Shown in pieces: positions 1-10,107 of a DNA stretch of 49,564 nucleotides. The notes under the pieces were generated by a model that saw only the letters and a list, made by a program, of their open reading frames with translations, made no database searches and was not told the origin of the DNA. Numbering within the stretch: position 1 is the stretch's first letter; each line of letters opens with the position of its first letter. The DNA comes from Chloroflexota bacterium (GTDB lineage Bacteria > Chloroflexota > Dormibacteria > CF-121), in NCBI GenBank assembly GCA_005881715.1, contig VBEE01000036.1:5961-55524 (forward strand), written 5' to 3'. Made by a program: the position numbers and the translations under genes.

Positions 1-3000
1 CGACGGTCGCCGGGATGCCGGCCTCCTGCAGCAGGCGCGCGGTTCCATCGGTCGCGTAGAGCGTCAGGCCGAGCCCATGGAGCCCGCGCAAGATTGGCAG
101 CGCTTCCGATTTGTCGGCGTCGGCAATCGAGCAGAGAGCGGCCCCATCGGGCGGCAGCTCCTGCATGGTCGAAAGGAACGCCTTGTACTGCGCCGTCGCC
201 AGGTCTTGCGCGATTCCCATCGCCTCCCCGGTCGACTTCATCTCCGGACCGAGGACGGCGTCAACCGCGGGCAGCTTCGCCATCGAGAAGACGGGCGCTT
301 TTACCGCGAACAGGGGTCGGTTGGGCAGAAGACCGCTGGGAAATCCCTGCTCGGCCAACGAATGGCCGAGCGCCGCATTGGTGGCCAGCGTCACCATCGG
401 CACGCCGGTCACCTTGCTGAGGAACGGCACCGTGCGGCTGGCCCGGGGGTTCACTTCGAGCACGTAAGGAATTCCTTCCTGAAGAACAAATTGGATGTTG
501 ATCAGTCCCACCGCCTTGACCAGTCGGGCGATGAGCTTGGTGGCCTCGACCACCCGCTGCGTCTCTTCGGAGCTCAAGGTAATCGGTGGGTAAACTGCGA
601 ACGAGTCTCCGGAATGGACGCCGGCGCGCTCGATGTGCTCCAGGATGCCGGGAATCAGCACCGCGTCGCCGTCGCAGACGGCATCGACGTCGAGCTCGCG
701 GCCCAACAAGTATTTATCGATCAAGATCGGGCCGCGAACGCCAAACGCGAGGGCAGCGTCGACGTAGCGACGCAGATCTTCAGCCGAATGGACGATCTCC
801 ATGCCGCGACCGCCCAGGACGTACGACGGCCGCACCAGCACGGGATATCCGACCCGGCGCGCGATCGTCAGGGCGGCGTCGGCGCTAGTGGCCGAGCCGC
901 CCGGAGACTGCGGGATCCCGTTGTCGCGTAGCAGCGCCTCGCAGCGGCGCCGGTCCTCAGCGAGGTCGATCGTATCGACCGACGATCCCAGGATGCGCAC
1001 ACCGCCTGCGGCCAGCGCATCCGCCAGGTTCAGCCCGGTTTGACCGCCGAACTGGACCACCACGCCGAGCGCCGGATCTCGTTGCAGGACGTTGCGGACC
1101 CCCTCGAGATCGAGGGGCTCGAAGTAGAGCCGGGTCGACGCGTCGAAATCGGTACTGACCGTCTCGGGATTGCTATTGATGAGCACGCTGTCGAAGCCGG
1201 CGGCTTGCAACGCCGCCGAGGCGTGCACGCTGCAGTAGTCGAACTCGATGCCCTGGCCGATCCGGATCGGCCCGGAACCGATCACGGCAACCGCGGTGTT
1301 TCCGCTCCGGATGATTTCGTCCTCATCTTCGTAGGTCGCGTAGTAATAGGGCGTGACGGCTTCGAACTCAGCGGCGCAGGTATCAACCTGGCGGAAGGTC
1401 GGCTCGATCACCGGCACCGGGAAGCGACCGCCGCTCAGTTCGGCGATCCGGGCATCGTCAAAGCCACAGCGCTTGGCGCGGAGGACGAGCTCGCTCGGAA
1501 GCCCCCACCCTGTCCCTCCCCCGCCGGCGGGGAAGGGGATTTGCGATAGCTCGGCCTCCAGCCCGGTGATAGACGCGAGCCGGTCGACAAACCACGGCGC
1601 GTAGCCGGTCGCGGCGCAGATCTCGCCCTCTGACGCACCATCGCGCAGGGACTGGAGGACGGCCATCAAACGGCGGTCATTCGGCTGATGCAGGAGGTCC
1701 GGGCGACCGCGAAGTTGCGCGGCGTCGGGGAGCCGCTGCTCGAGCGCGCGCAGGGCCTTGTTGAGGGCGGCCTCGAAGGTGCGCTCGATGGCCATCACCT
1801 CGCCGGTCGATTTCATCTGGGTGCCGAGCGTCCGGTCGCCGGCCGGAAACTTGTCGAAGGGCCAGCGGGGAATCTTGACCACGCAGTAGTCCAGGGCCGG
1901 TTCGAAGGCGGCGGTGGTCTTTCCCGTCACCGCGTTGGGGATCTCATGGAGCAGGCGGCCGGCAGCGATCTTGGCAGCCACCCGGGCGATTGGATAGCCG
2001 GTCGCCTTGGAGGCCAGCGCCGATGACCGGCTGACTCGCGGATTGACCTCGATGACGTAGTACTGATCGGAAGCGGGGTCGAGCGCGAACTGCACATTGC
2101 AGCCACCCTCGATGCGAAGCGCGCGGATGATCCGCAGGGCAGCCGAGCGCAACATCTGATACTGCCGGTCCGAGAGCGTCTGGCTGGGCGCGACCACGAT
2201 GCTGTCGCCTGTGTGGACGCCCATCGCGTCGATGTTCTCCATGTTGCAGACGGCAATGCAGGTATCGTTGGCGTCCCGCATCACTTCGTATTCGATTTCT
2301 TTCCAGCCGACCAGGGCGCGCTCGATCAGCACCTGCCGAATCGGGCTGGCGGCGAGCCCTTCGCGAACCACGGCCTCGAGCTCAAGCGGACTCCCCGCCA
2401 TGCCACCACCGGTGCCGCCCAGGGTGTAGGCAGGACGAACAACCAGTGGAAAGCCGATGGTGGCGCCGAACTCCTGGGCCGCGTCGACGGTGTTGACCGT
2501 CCGGCTGTCCGGCGCCGGCTCGCCGGTTCGGAGCAGGACGTTTTTGAACGCCTCCCGGTCTTCCGCTTCTCTGATGGCCGCCAGCGGTGTGCCGAGCACC
2601 CGGACCTGGCAGCGCTCCAGCACCCCGGCGTCGGCAAGGGCGACCGCCAGGTTGAGCCCGGTCTGCCCACCGAGGGTGGCCAGCAGGCCGTCGGGCCGCT
2701 CGCGCTCGATGATGGCCGTCACCGCTTCGATCGTGAGCGGCTCGATGTACACCCGGTCGGCTACGCCCTCGTCGGTCATGATCGTGGCCGGGTTCGAGTT
2801 GACCAGCACGGTGCGCACCCCCTCCTCGCGGAGGGCCTTGCAGGCCTGCGTCCCGGCATAGTCGAACTCGGCGGCCTGGCCGATCACGATCGGTCCGGAG
2901 CCGATCACCAGCACCGTGTTCGGGCGCGGGGGCCGCGAAAGAATCTGAGCGATCGGCGCCGGCCGACCCGCGACCAGGTCGAGGAATTCGTCGAAGATCA

Positions 3001-4078
3001 CCTGGTTGTCCTGCGGGCCTGGCCCGCCTTCGGGATGAAACTGGACCGAGCGGACCGGCAGGCGCGCGTGGATGAGTCCCTCGACGGATCCATCGTGCAG
3101 ATTCCGATGACTGACCACGAATCCGCTATCCCGCGGCAGGCTGTCGCCGTCGACCTGAAATTCGTGGTTCTGGGAGGTGATGGTCACCCGACCGGTGCGC
3201 AGGTCCATAACCGGGTGGTTCCCACCGTGGTGGCCGAACGGGAGACGCGAGGTGCGGGCCCCCGCTGCCTGGCCGATCAGCTGATGCCCAAGACAGATGC
3301 CGAGCACGGGCAGGCGCTGCATGAGCGCCCGGGTCATCGCCACCGCCGACTGCAGTTGTGCCGGATCACCGGGTCCATTCGATAGCACGACAGCGTCCGG
3401 CTTGTGCTCGAGGATGGCCTGCAGGTCGCTATCGTGCGGCAGCACCTCGACCTCGACCCCCCGGGTGCGCAGTGATCGCAGGGTGTTGCGTTTGACACCG
3501 TAATCGACCACCACCACGCGAAGCCCCGGCCACTGACGAAGCGGCCGACCGAGCAACGCAGGGTCGAGGCGCTCGACCACGTCGGTGAACCCTTCGGACA
3601 CCTGGCGCACCAGGTCCTGTTCCTCGAGCGCTGGCACCCGCTGGACCCGTTCCCGGAGGGATGTGAGGTCCTGACGCGGTCCGATGATCGCGCGTTGAGC
3701 CCCAGTTGCTCGGAGGTGCCGCGCCAGCCGGCGCGTGTCGCAACCCGTCAGGATCGGGATTCCGAACCCGTCCAACCATTCGACCAGGGACTGATGGCTG
3801 CGCCAGTGTTGCTCGAAGCGGCTGAGTTGTCGTGTGATCAGCGCGCGCGCCCAGGGCCGCGCCGATTCCTGGAAGTCCACCGCGGCGCCGTAGTTGCCAA
3901 TCAAGGGATAGGTCATGACGACCATCTGGCCGGCGTACGAGGGGTCCGACAAGACCTCCTGGTATCCGGACATGCAGGTATTGATGACGACCTCGCCGCT
4001 CGCGTGCGTGGCCCGTCCGCCGCGCTCGCCAACGAGCACGAATCCGTCCTCCAGCAGGAGGACCATCGGCTCAGGCAT
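1..4078 (-). CDS. carAB: Fused carbamoyl-phosphate synthase small+large subunit (CarA-CarB); 3' end truncated by the window edge
   Basis: Manual translation from ATG 4078: [12 protein letters not shown]...[37 protein letters not shown] (CarA N-terminus), [11 protein letters not shown] (catalytic Cys), [14 protein letters not shown]. It continues without a stop through [44 protein letters not shown] (CarB start) and VDTCAAEF to the MGS-like [11 protein letters not shown] at position 1. The ORF track lists nothing in this frame, as expected for an ORF with no stop before the edge. Confidence 0.93.
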   Translation of the reverse strand, partial: MPEPMVLLLEDGFVLVGERGGRATHASGEVVINTCMSGYQEVLSDPSYAGQMVVMTYPLIGNYGAAVDFQESARPWARALITRQLSRFEQHWRSHQSLVEWLDGFGIPILTGCDTRRLARHLRATGAQRAIIGPRQDLTSLRERVQRVPALEEQDLVRQVSEGFTDVVERLDPALLGRPLRQWPGLRVVVVDYGVKRNTLRSLRTRGVEVEVLPHDSDLQAILEHKPDAVVLSNGPGDPAQLQSAVAMTRALMQRLPVLGICLGHQLIGQAAGARTSRLPFGHHGGNHPVMDLRTGRVTITSQNHEFQVDGDSLPRDSGFVVSHRNLHDGSVEGLIHARLPVRSVQFHPEGGPGPQDNQVIFDEFLDLVAGRPAPIAQILSRPPRPNTVLVIGSGPIVIGQAAEFDYAGTQACKALREEGVRTVLVNSNPATIMTDEGVADRVYIEPLTIEAVTAIIERERPDGLLATLGGQTGLNLAVALADAGVLERCQVRVLGTPLAAIREAEDREAFKNVLLRTGEPAPDSRTVNTVDAAQEFGATIGFPLVVRPAYTLGGTGGGMAGSPLELEAVVREGLAASPIRQVLIERALVGWKEIEYEVMRDANDTCIAVCNMENIDAMGVHTGDSIVVAPSQTLSDRQYQMLRSAALRIIRALRIEGGCNVQFALDPASDQYYVIEVNPRVSRSSALASKATGYPIARVAAKIAAGRLLHEIPNAVTGKTTAAFEPALDYCVVKIPRWPFDKFPAGDRTLGTQMKSTGEVMAIERTFEAALNKALRALEQRLPDAAQLRGRPDLLHQPNDRRLMAVLQSLRDGASEGEICAATGYAPWFVDRLASITGLEAELSQIPFPAGGGGTGWGLPSELVLRAKRCGFDDARIAELSGGRFPVPVIEPTFRQVDTCAAEFEAVTPYYYATYEDEDEIIRSGNTAVAVIGSGPIRIGQGIEFDYCSVHASAALQAAGFDSVLINSNPETVSTDFDASTRLYFEPLDLEGVRNVLQRDPALGVVVQFGGQTGLNLADALAAGGVRILGSSVDTIDLAEDRRRCEALLRDNGIPQSPGGSATSADAALTIARRVGYPVLVRPSYVLGGRGMEIVHSAEDLRRYVDAALAFGVRGPILIDKYLLGRELDVDAVCDGDAVLIPGILEHIERAGVHSGDSFAVYPPITLSSEETQRVVEATKLIARLVKAVGLINIQFVLQEGIPYVLEVNPRASRTVPFLSKVTGVPMVTLATNAALGHSLAEQGFPSGLLPNRPLFAVKAPVFSMAKLPAVDAVLGPEMKSTGEAMGIAQDLATAQYKAFLSTMQELPPDGAALCSIADADKSEALPILRGLHGLGLTLYATDGTARLLQEAGIPATV
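1502..1538 (+). repeat. C/G-tract palindromic repeat copy 1 (inside carAB, in frame)
   Basis: CCCCCACCC TGT CCCTCCCCC GCCGGC GGGGAAGGGG; matches the other copies. Confidence 0.8.
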
Positions 4079-5213
4079 GCTGCATCACCCGTTCCATCAC
4101 GACCTGGCCGTGGCTCAGGGTCATCACGATGCGTCCGCGGAGCCGCCGCCCGGAAAAGGGCGTGTTTTTTCCCCGACTCTTGAAGGAGGAGCCGTCCACG
4201 GTCCACTCCACAAGGGGGTCGATCAGGATCCACTCGTCGTCGATTGCCTGTCCGATGATCTCGCGCGGTCGCTCGACACAGGCTCGATAGAGCACCCGAT
4301 CGTCGAGCCCCAACCCCATCACGACCGGCACGGCGGTCTCGAAGCCATGGAACCCGTTCGCGCCGGCGGCCTTGGCGCCCACGTCGTGCGGAGCATGGTC
4401 GGTGGCGATCGCATCGATCACGCCTTCGGCCAGCGCCTGCCGCAGCGCCTCGCGATCGTCGACCGATCGCAGCGGTGGATTGACGGCCCCCTGCGGGCCC
4501 AGGGCCGCCACGTCCCGCGCCGTCAGCGCGAGGTGGTGCGGCGTCGCCTCCGCCGTCACCAACAGCCTGTGCTGCTTCGCGGTCCGGATCAGCTCGACGC
4601 CGGCACGAGTGCTGACGTGCTGGATGTGCAAGCGGGCACCGGGGACCGCCTCCAAGGCCTCGAGTGCCTCAGTTACCGCCCGGGCTTCGGATTCGGGTCC
4701 ACTGCCAAGCCGCTCAATCTGCGCATGCATCAGTACCGGCAGCCCGGCCTCGGCCGCCGCCGTGAGCGCGCGACGCAGGATGACCTGGCTCATCAGATGG
4801 CGCCCGTCGTCGGAGAGGGCGACCGCGCCGGCCCGCTGTAGCGCCGCGGCGTCCGTGAGGGTTCGACCTTCGAGTCCCATGGTGACGGCGGCCACGAAGC
4901 TCACGCGGATCGGAAGTGCCGCCGCCCGGGCTACCAGCGCACGCAGCAGCTCGGGCCGGTCCGTGACCGGATCGGTGTTCGCCATCGCCACGATGTGGGT
5001 GAATCCCCCAAAGGCGGCGCTTGTGGCACCTGTCTGCAGCGTCTCCTTCTGCGGAAAGCCAGGATCCCGAAGGTGCGCGTGCAGGTCCAGCCAACCCGGC
5101 GAAAGGATGAGCCCGCTGGCATCGCGATCCGCCGCGCCGGCTGCGTTGATCGTGACGCCGGTCGGCAGCGAGAGCCCTGTCGGACCCAGGACACGCACGT
5201 TCTGGAGGTACAT
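4071..5213 (-). CDS. pyrC: Dihydroorotase
   Basis: [14 protein letters not shown] metal-binding motif, [32 protein letters not shown]; pyr operon context. Confidence 0.93.
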   Translation of the reverse strand: MYLQNVRVLGPTGLSLPTGVTINAAGAADRDASGLILSPGWLDLHAHLRDPGFPQKETLQTGATSAAFGGFTHIVAMANTDPVTDRPELLRALVARAAALPIRVSFVAAVTMGLEGRTLTDAAALQRAGAVALSDDGRHLMSQVILRRALTAAAEAGLPVLMHAQIERLGSGPESEARAVTEALEALEAVPGARLHIQHVSTRAGVELIRTAKQHRLLVTAEATPHHLALTARDVAALGPQGAVNPPLRSVDDREALRQALAEGVIDAIATDHAPHDVGAKAAGANGFHGFETAVPVVMGLGLDDRVLYRACVERPREIIGQAIDDEWILIDPLVEWTVDGSSFKSRGKNTPFSGRRLRGRIVMTLSHGQVVMERVMQHA

Positions 5214-5764
5214 CAGCGTTCCGGTCGTTCGAGAATGCGGACCGCATCCTCGCCATCCCGTTCACGCAGGTGCACCTCCACCCATTCCTGTCGCGAGGTG
5301 GGCACGTTCTTGCCGATATAGTCCGGTCGAATGGGCAGCTCACGGTGACCACGATCGACCAGAACCGCTAGCTGGATCTGTTTCGGGCGACCGGCCGCGA
5401 TGACGGCGTCGATGGCCGCCCGCACGGTCCGCCCGTTGAAGAGCACGTCGTCGACCAGGAGGACTGGCCGCCCGTCGACAGCCGTCGCCGGCAGCACCGG
5501 GAGGGGTGCGGCCGCGGCGCGTGGCAGGTCGTCGCGGTAGGCCCGTACATCGAGGGGGAGCACCGGCGGGCGCACGCCTTCCAGTTCGGCGAGGGTCGCG
5601 GCCAGCCGCTCGGCAAGCGGTACCCCGCGAGTGACGATCCCCAGCAAGCTCAGCTGCGCGAGATCCGCCTGCCGCTCGATCACTTCGTGGGCGATCCGTC
5701 GCCAGGCGCGGCGCAGGCCCTGCGCATCCAGAATGACCGCCTTGACCGGTGGACTTTGCAACAT
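5213..5764 (-). CDS. pyrR: Bifunctional pyr operon regulator / uracil phosphoribosyltransferase
   Basis: [46 protein letters not shown]. Start taken at ATG 5764, which overlaps the pyrB TGA (TGATG). Confidence 0.93.
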   Translation of the reverse strand: MLQSPPVKAVILDAQGLRRAWRRIAHEVIERQADLAQLSLLGIVTRGVPLAERLAATLAELEGVRPPVLPLDVRAYRDDLPRAAAAPLPVLPATAVDGRPVLLVDDVLFNGRTVRAAIDAVIAAGRPKQIQLAVLVDRGHRELPIRPDYIGKNVPTSRQEWVEVHLRERDGEDAVRILERPER

Positions 5765-6714
5765 CAGCCTGCCATCGCCCACTCGAGCACCGCCATCCGA
5801 ACCCAGAGCCCGTTGCGGACCTGCCGGAAATAGGCGGCCCTGGGATCCGCGTCCACCTGCGGATCGATTTCGCCGGCGCGCGGAAGAGGGTGCATCAGGA
5901 TAGCGTGCTCCGGCAAGCGGCGCATCAGCTCGGGACCCACGACATAGACGCCGCGATATCGTTCGTACTCCACCGCCGACTCGAAGCGCTCCGCCTGGAT
6001 GCGGGTCTGATACAGCACGTCGAGCGTGGGCGCCGCCTCGGCCAGGTCCGTTGTCTCCCGCACCCGCAGCTGCGGCCCCAGCGAGCGCAACACGTCCTTG
6101 CCCATGCGCAGGCCGGGTGGGGCGATCAGCACCAGCTCGTTGCCGGTGAATCGCGAGAGGAGGCCGGCCAGCGAGTGTGCCGTGCGGCCGTTCCGGAGAT
6201 CGCCGGCAAGCCCGATGCGCAAATGGTCGAGGCGGCCCAGTTCCTTCTTGATGGTGTACAGGTCGAGTAACGCCTGGGTCGGGTGCTGACCGGGGCCGTC
6301 GCCGGCGCTGATGACCGGTACCTGCGCCACGCGCGCGGCCCGTTGCGCGGCGCCCACCTCCGGATGACGCAGCACGATGGCGTCGGCGTAGGCACCCACC
6401 ACTCGGATCGCATCCTCGAGTGATTCACCCTTCGCCGCGGACGACGTCGTGCCGGCGCTCTCGGCGCTGATGACCTGCCCGCCGAGCCGGAGCATCGCCG
6501 CCTCGAATGAGAGGCGCGTCCGGGTGCTCGGCTCATAGAAGATGGTGGCAAGCAGCCGGCGCTGGAGCCGATCCGGGTCGCCGCCGCCGCCTTCGAAACC
6601 GGCCGCCCGTTCGAGCAGCCGCGCGATCAGGGGAGCGTCGAGGTTTTGTGGCCCGGTCAGGTGTCGAGGGGCGACCTGCGTCCGCGCGAGCGGAGCGGCC
6701 AGGGTGTCGGTCAT
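5764..6714 (-). CDS. pyrB: Aspartate carbamoyltransferase catalytic subunit
   Basis: [34 protein letters not shown]; SD AAGGAG upstream. Confidence 0.96.
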   Translation of the reverse strand: MTDTLAAPLARTQVAPRHLTGPQNLDAPLIARLLERAAGFEGGGGDPDRLQRRLLATIFYEPSTRTRLSFEAAMLRLGGQVISAESAGTTSSAAKGESLEDAIRVVGAYADAIVLRHPEVGAAQRAARVAQVPVISAGDGPGQHPTQALLDLYTIKKELGRLDHLRIGLAGDLRNGRTAHSLAGLLSRFTGNELVLIAPPGLRMGKDVLRSLGPQLRVRETTDLAEAAPTLDVLYQTRIQAERFESAVEYERYRGVYVVGPELMRRLPEHAILMHPLPRAGEIDPQVDADPRAAYFRQVRNGLWVRMAVLEWAMAG

Positions 6715-6721
6715 CGATTCT

Positions 6722-6751
6722 CCTTTCGGCCTCGCTGGGCCGGGTTAAAGG
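6722..6751 (-). promoter_or_regulatory. PyrR-binding RNA stem-loop overlapping the pyrB ribosome-binding site
   Basis: Minus strand CCUUUAACCCGGCCCAGCGAGGCCGAAAGG has the CUUUAA and CCnGnGAGGY elements of PyrR-binding loops; the closing stem uses the AAAGG of the SD. Confidence 0.85.
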
Positions 6752-6766
6752 ACGAAGGTCCGGGTA

Positions 6767-6795
6767 AGTCTACGGGGGCGGCGGCAGCCTGTCAA
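6767..6795 (-). promoter_or_regulatory. sigma70-type promoter of the pyr operon
   Basis: TTGACA (6795-6790), 17-nt spacer, TAGACT (6772-6767). Confidence 0.8.
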
Positions 6796-6854
6796 ACGGA
6801 AAGGCGGGGCCGCTGATATCAACGGTGTCTATCGAACGCATCGGAGAAAAGAAT

Positions 6855-6883
6855 TGGACAAATACCACATCGCCCGATAGTCT
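6855..6883 (+). promoter_or_regulatory. sigma70-type promoter for the glutaredoxin-like gene
   Basis: TGGACA, 17-nt spacer, TAGTCT, with an A-rich upstream tract AGAAAAGAAT. Confidence 0.6.
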
Positions 6884-6963
6884 TGATCTAGCGTTTGACA
6901 GGCGCGATATCAAGTCATGTGTCACCCCGGGCGAGCGGGAGCACATCGGAGGCATAAGGCGAG

Positions 6964-7206
6964 ATGGAAGTTATCGTCTACACGCGGCCCGACTGCGAAA
7001 GCAGCCGGCGGATCAAGGAGATTCTTGAGAACCGGGGCGTCGCATTCAAGGAACATATCTGCGCTGACGGCAAGCTCGACGGGAACGACCTGCGCAACCT
7101 CGATATCGACGTCAAGGACGTTCCGCTCACCGTGATCGACGGCGTTCCGATCGCGGGCCTGCAGCAGGCGCAGATCGAGCAAGCGATCGGCTGGATCGGG
7201 TTCTAG
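6964..7206 (+). CDS. Glutaredoxin/NrdH-like protein with a CxxS motif
   Basis: VIVYTRPDCESS...L...GV.F...VP.TVIDG..I.G pattern of the glutaredoxin fold; 80 aa. Confidence 0.8.
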   Translation: MEVIVYTRPDCESSRRIKEILENRGVAFKEHICADGKLDGNDLRNLDIDVKDVPLTVIDGVPIAGLQQAQIEQAIGWIGF

Positions 7207-7210
7207 GAAA

Positions 7211-7242
7211 CCCCTCCCTGTCCCTCCCCACAAGGGGGAGGG
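7211..7242 (+). repeat. C/G-tract palindromic repeat copy 2 (intergenic)
   Basis: CCCCTCCC TGT CCCTCCCC ACAA GGGGGAGGG. Confidence 0.85.
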
Positions 7243-7270
7243 AATCGCATTGGGCTTGTACCATGAATTC

Positions 7271-7486
7271 GTGCCCGAGATCGGGAAGCTGCTCATCATC
7301 GTCGGTGGCTTCATCGTGCTGGTCGGGCTGGTCCTCTTCTTCGGTCTGCGAGTCCCATTTCTCGGCCGGCTGCCCGGCGACATTTCGGTCGACCGCGGCA
7401 ATGTCCACTTCTATTTTCCGATCGTCACCTGTCTGCTGTTGAGCCTGGTGCTGACCCTGCTCCTCAACCTCTTTTTCCGCCGCTGA
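7271..7486 (+). CDS. DUF2905-family small membrane protein
   Basis: GKLLI..G..I..VG...GRLPGDI......FYFPIVTCLLLS signature; GTG start at 7271 preferred. Confidence 0.88.
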   Translation: MPEIGKLLIIVGGFIVLVGLVLFFGLRVPFLGRLPGDISVDRGNVHFYFPIVTCLLLSLVLTLLLNLFFRR

Positions 7487-7490
7487 TCGG

Positions 7491-8525
7491 TCAGCTCGTC
7501 CGCGCTTTGCGGATTCCCTGGTAGAGGTCGCGCAGCTCCGGCGTGATCGGTTCCGGCAGGCGAATCTCAAGCGTCGCGTACAGGTCCCCCGCCACGCCAT
7601 CCTTGAGTGCGGGCAGTCCTTTGCCCTTGAGCCGGAACACCTTGCCCGCCTGGCTACCGGCCGGCACGCGCAACTGGAGCTGGGCGCCCGTCAGGGCCTG
7701 GATGGTGACCTCGTCGCCGAGCGCCGCCTGGTCGTCGAGCACCGCCAGCGGCGTATACAGGTCGCGTCCCTTGGCGGCGAAGCGCGGATGCGGCTGCAGC
7801 TGGACTCGCAGGTAAAGGTCACCGTGCTGAGCGGCCCGCTGGCCCTCGCCTTTGACCCGGATCCGAGAACCCTCGATCACGCCCGCCGGAATCTTGACCA
7901 GGATCTGGCGCCGGGTTGCCCGCACCCCCGCGCCGCCACAGGTCGGACAGGTGACACTTTCCATCACGGTCCGATTGCCGACCTTGCGACGTTCGCCGGT
8001 GAAGCCGGACCCACCACAGGTTGGACACGTCTCGGGGACTTCGGTCTGGATGGTTCGCTCGCCACCACGGGCCGCCTCCTCAAGGGTGATCTCGATCGGA
8101 TGTTCGATGTCCTCACCGCGTTCGCGGGTGACCGTCCGTCCCCGCGGCCCTTCGAAATCGAAGCCGGAAAATCCGCCCGCCTCGCCCGCGAAGAAGGTGT
8201 TGAAGAAGTCGCTGAAGTCGCCGACTCCGGCAGCGCCGGTGCCTCGGCGTGCCTGCGACTGATACTGGCGGGCGAACTCCTGCTCCCGCTCAATGCGTTC
8301 CCAATCGGAGCCAAGCTGATCGTATTTCGAGCGCTTCTTCGGGTCACTCAACACTTCGTAAGCCTCGTTGATCAGCTTGAAGCGGTCGGTGGCTTTCGGG
8401 TCCTTGTTGACGTCCGGGTGGTACTGCCGAGCCAGGCGCCGGTAGGCTGACTTGATCTCCTTCTCGCTGGCAGTCCTGGAAACGCCCAGGGTCTGGTAGT
8501 AGTCCTTGTACTCGGGGGTGGCCAT
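7491..8525 (-). CDS. DnaJ/CbpA-class co-chaperone
   Basis: J-domain KDYYQTLGV...YHPD...AYEVLSD, G/F-rich linker, two CxxCxGxG motifs, DnaJ C-terminal domain (FRLKGKGLP...GDLY). Confidence 0.92.
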   Translation of the reverse strand: MATPEYKDYYQTLGVSRTASEKEIKSAYRRLARQYHPDVNKDPKATDRFKLINEAYEVLSDPKKRSKYDQLGSDWERIEREQEFARQYQSQARRGTGAAGVGDFSDFFNTFFAGEAGGFSGFDFEGPRGRTVTRERGEDIEHPIEITLEEAARGGERTIQTEVPETCPTCGGSGFTGERRKVGNRTVMESVTCPTCGGAGVRATRRQILVKIPAGVIEGSRIRVKGEGQRAAQHGDLYLRVQLQPHPRFAAKGRDLYTPLAVLDDQAALGDEVTIQALTGAQLQLRVPAGSQAGKVFRLKGKGLPALKDGVAGDLYATLEIRLPEPITPELRDLYQGIRKARTS

Positions 8526-8548
8526 TCTTCAATACGGATAGATGCCCG

Positions 8549-8586
8549 AAATGGCGGCGGCCGAAACCGGCCGTATCGTCGCCGCC
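8549..8586 (-). terminator. Possible hairpin terminator after the cobB-like gene
   Basis: GGCGGC...CGGCCG GTTT CGGCCG CCGCC hairpin followed only by AUUU. Confidence 0.3.
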
Positions 8587-9993
8587 CTATATAGGCGTCC
8601 GAACCGTCGCGTACTCGCGGCAATGCTGGACGAACTTGTCGACCAGCAGGGGATTCTGTCCGAAATGGAGGTGGACGTAGCTGGCCAGCAGGTTCGGCGC
8701 CACGAATCCTTCGTAGCCGATCACCTCACCTTCGGCATTCAACATCTGGTAGGCGGACTTGAGCCCGCCGTTGTGGCCGGTGATCCGGCTCCAGTGAAAC
8801 TCGTGTCCGCGGTAGAACTGGCCGCGGGGCGAAAGAATGCTGTCCTCCAACGTCAGGAGCTGTCGGTAGCCGAAGCGGTGGATTTCGCCGTCCATTTCGA
8901 CATCAACCGGAATCACGCCCACCATCTGGTGGGCGCCGTCGGAGGTGCGCAGTGAGCGACCCAGGTACATCAGCCCGCCGCACTCCGCATAGATCGGCAC
9001 CCCGTTGCGGTAGGCGCGCTCAATCGATTCGGCCATCGCGCCGTTCCGGGCGAGCGGTTCGACGAAGCTTTCGGGAAATCCTCCACCGAGGTAGACGCCT
9101 GCGGCATCCTGCGGGAGGTGCGCATCTTCCAGCGGGCTGAAGGGCACCACCTGGGCGCCGTGCTCTTCGAGCAACTCGAGGTTTTCCGGGTAGTAGAAGT
9201 TGAACGCGTCGTCGTAGGCGACCGCCAGCCGCACCGTCGGTCCGGCAGCGGGTTTGCCCTGGAAGATTTTCTTCGGCACCAGCGGCACCAGCTCAGCCTT
9301 ACCGGCGATCCTCAGCAGTAGGTCGAGATCGACATCGCGATTGATCGTTTCAGAAAGCAGCCCGATCATCCGGTCCCACTCCTTGTTCTCCGTCACCGGC
9401 AGGAGCCCGCGCTGGCGTTGTGGAATATCGAGCTGCGCCATTTTCGGCAGCGCGCCGAGAACTGGCAACTTGGCGATATCCCAGACCGCGTCCTCGACGC
9501 TGCGGCGGTGCGCATCCGACCGGACGTTGTTGAGCAAGACTCCGGCAATCCTGGGCGACTCGCCATAACTCTTAAAGCCGAGCGCCACCGCGGCGGCGCT
9601 CTGCGCCATGTCGGCGACATCGACCACCAGCACCACCGGCGCCTTGACGATGCGGGCCACGTCAGCCGTGCTCCCGTCGGGACTTCCACCACGGCCATCG
9701 AACAGGCCGAGCATGCCTTCGATCAGCGCCAGGTCGGCCCCCAGCGCACCCTGGGCAAGCACCTGGCGGAGCGCGCCTTCGCCCAGCATCCAGGAGTCGA
9801 GATTGCGGCACGGCCGACCACTCACGTGGGCCAGGTAGGCGGGATCGATGTAGTCGGGGCCAACCTTGAACGACTGCACCGTCAGGCCGCGCGCCTTGAA
9901 CGCAGCGATCAATCCGGCAGTCAGAATCGTCTTTCCGACGTTGCTCGCGGTCCCCGCGATGACCAGCCTGGGAGTGCGAACCTCGTCCAGCAT
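8587..9993 (-). CDS. cobB: Cobyrinate/hydrogenobyrinate a,c-diamide synthase
   Basis: SNVGKT, FKVGPDYIDP, NLDSW, EGMLGLFDG, AFNFYY.ENL..L, YAECGGLMYL, GHEFH, SYVHLHF. Confidence 0.9.
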   Translation of the reverse strand: MLDEVRTPRLVIAGTASNVGKTILTAGLIAAFKARGLTVQSFKVGPDYIDPAYLAHVSGRPCRNLDSWMLGEGALRQVLAQGALGADLALIEGMLGLFDGRGGSPDGSTADVARIVKAPVVLVVDVADMAQSAAAVALGFKSYGESPRIAGVLLNNVRSDAHRRSVEDAVWDIAKLPVLGALPKMAQLDIPQRQRGLLPVTENKEWDRMIGLLSETINRDVDLDLLLRIAGKAELVPLVPKKIFQGKPAAGPTVRLAVAYDDAFNFYYPENLELLEEHGAQVVPFSPLEDAHLPQDAAGVYLGGGFPESFVEPLARNGAMAESIERAYRNGVPIYAECGGLMYLGRSLRTSDGAHQMVGVIPVDVEMDGEIHRFGYRQLLTLEDSILSPRGQFYRGHEFHWSRITGHNGGLKSAYQMLNAEGEVIGYEGFVAPNLLASYVHLHFGQNPLLVDKFVQHCREYATVRTPI

Positions 9994-10107
9994 CTTGCCT
10001 CGCTATCGCTTGCTAAACAAGGTGCCTCTTCCCCAAAGCACCTGCCTGACGGCTACCGTAGCACAGGGCCGGCGCTGTCGTAAAGGCGTTCAGTAATTAT
10101 GTCGCCG

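Noticed and set aside
77-4841. Long plus-strand ORFs (77..931, 2213..3385, 3915..4841)
   Set aside because: Antisense shadows of carAB and pyrC caused by high-GC codon bias; no recognisable motifs. The same applies to most other overlapping ORFs in the track.
9994-10107. Possible cobalamin riboswitch upstream of cobB (AGGTGC...GCACC hairpin, GCTACnGTAGC palindrome)
   Set aside because: Too short and lacks the GGGAA, CCCGC-ACUG and B12-box elements.
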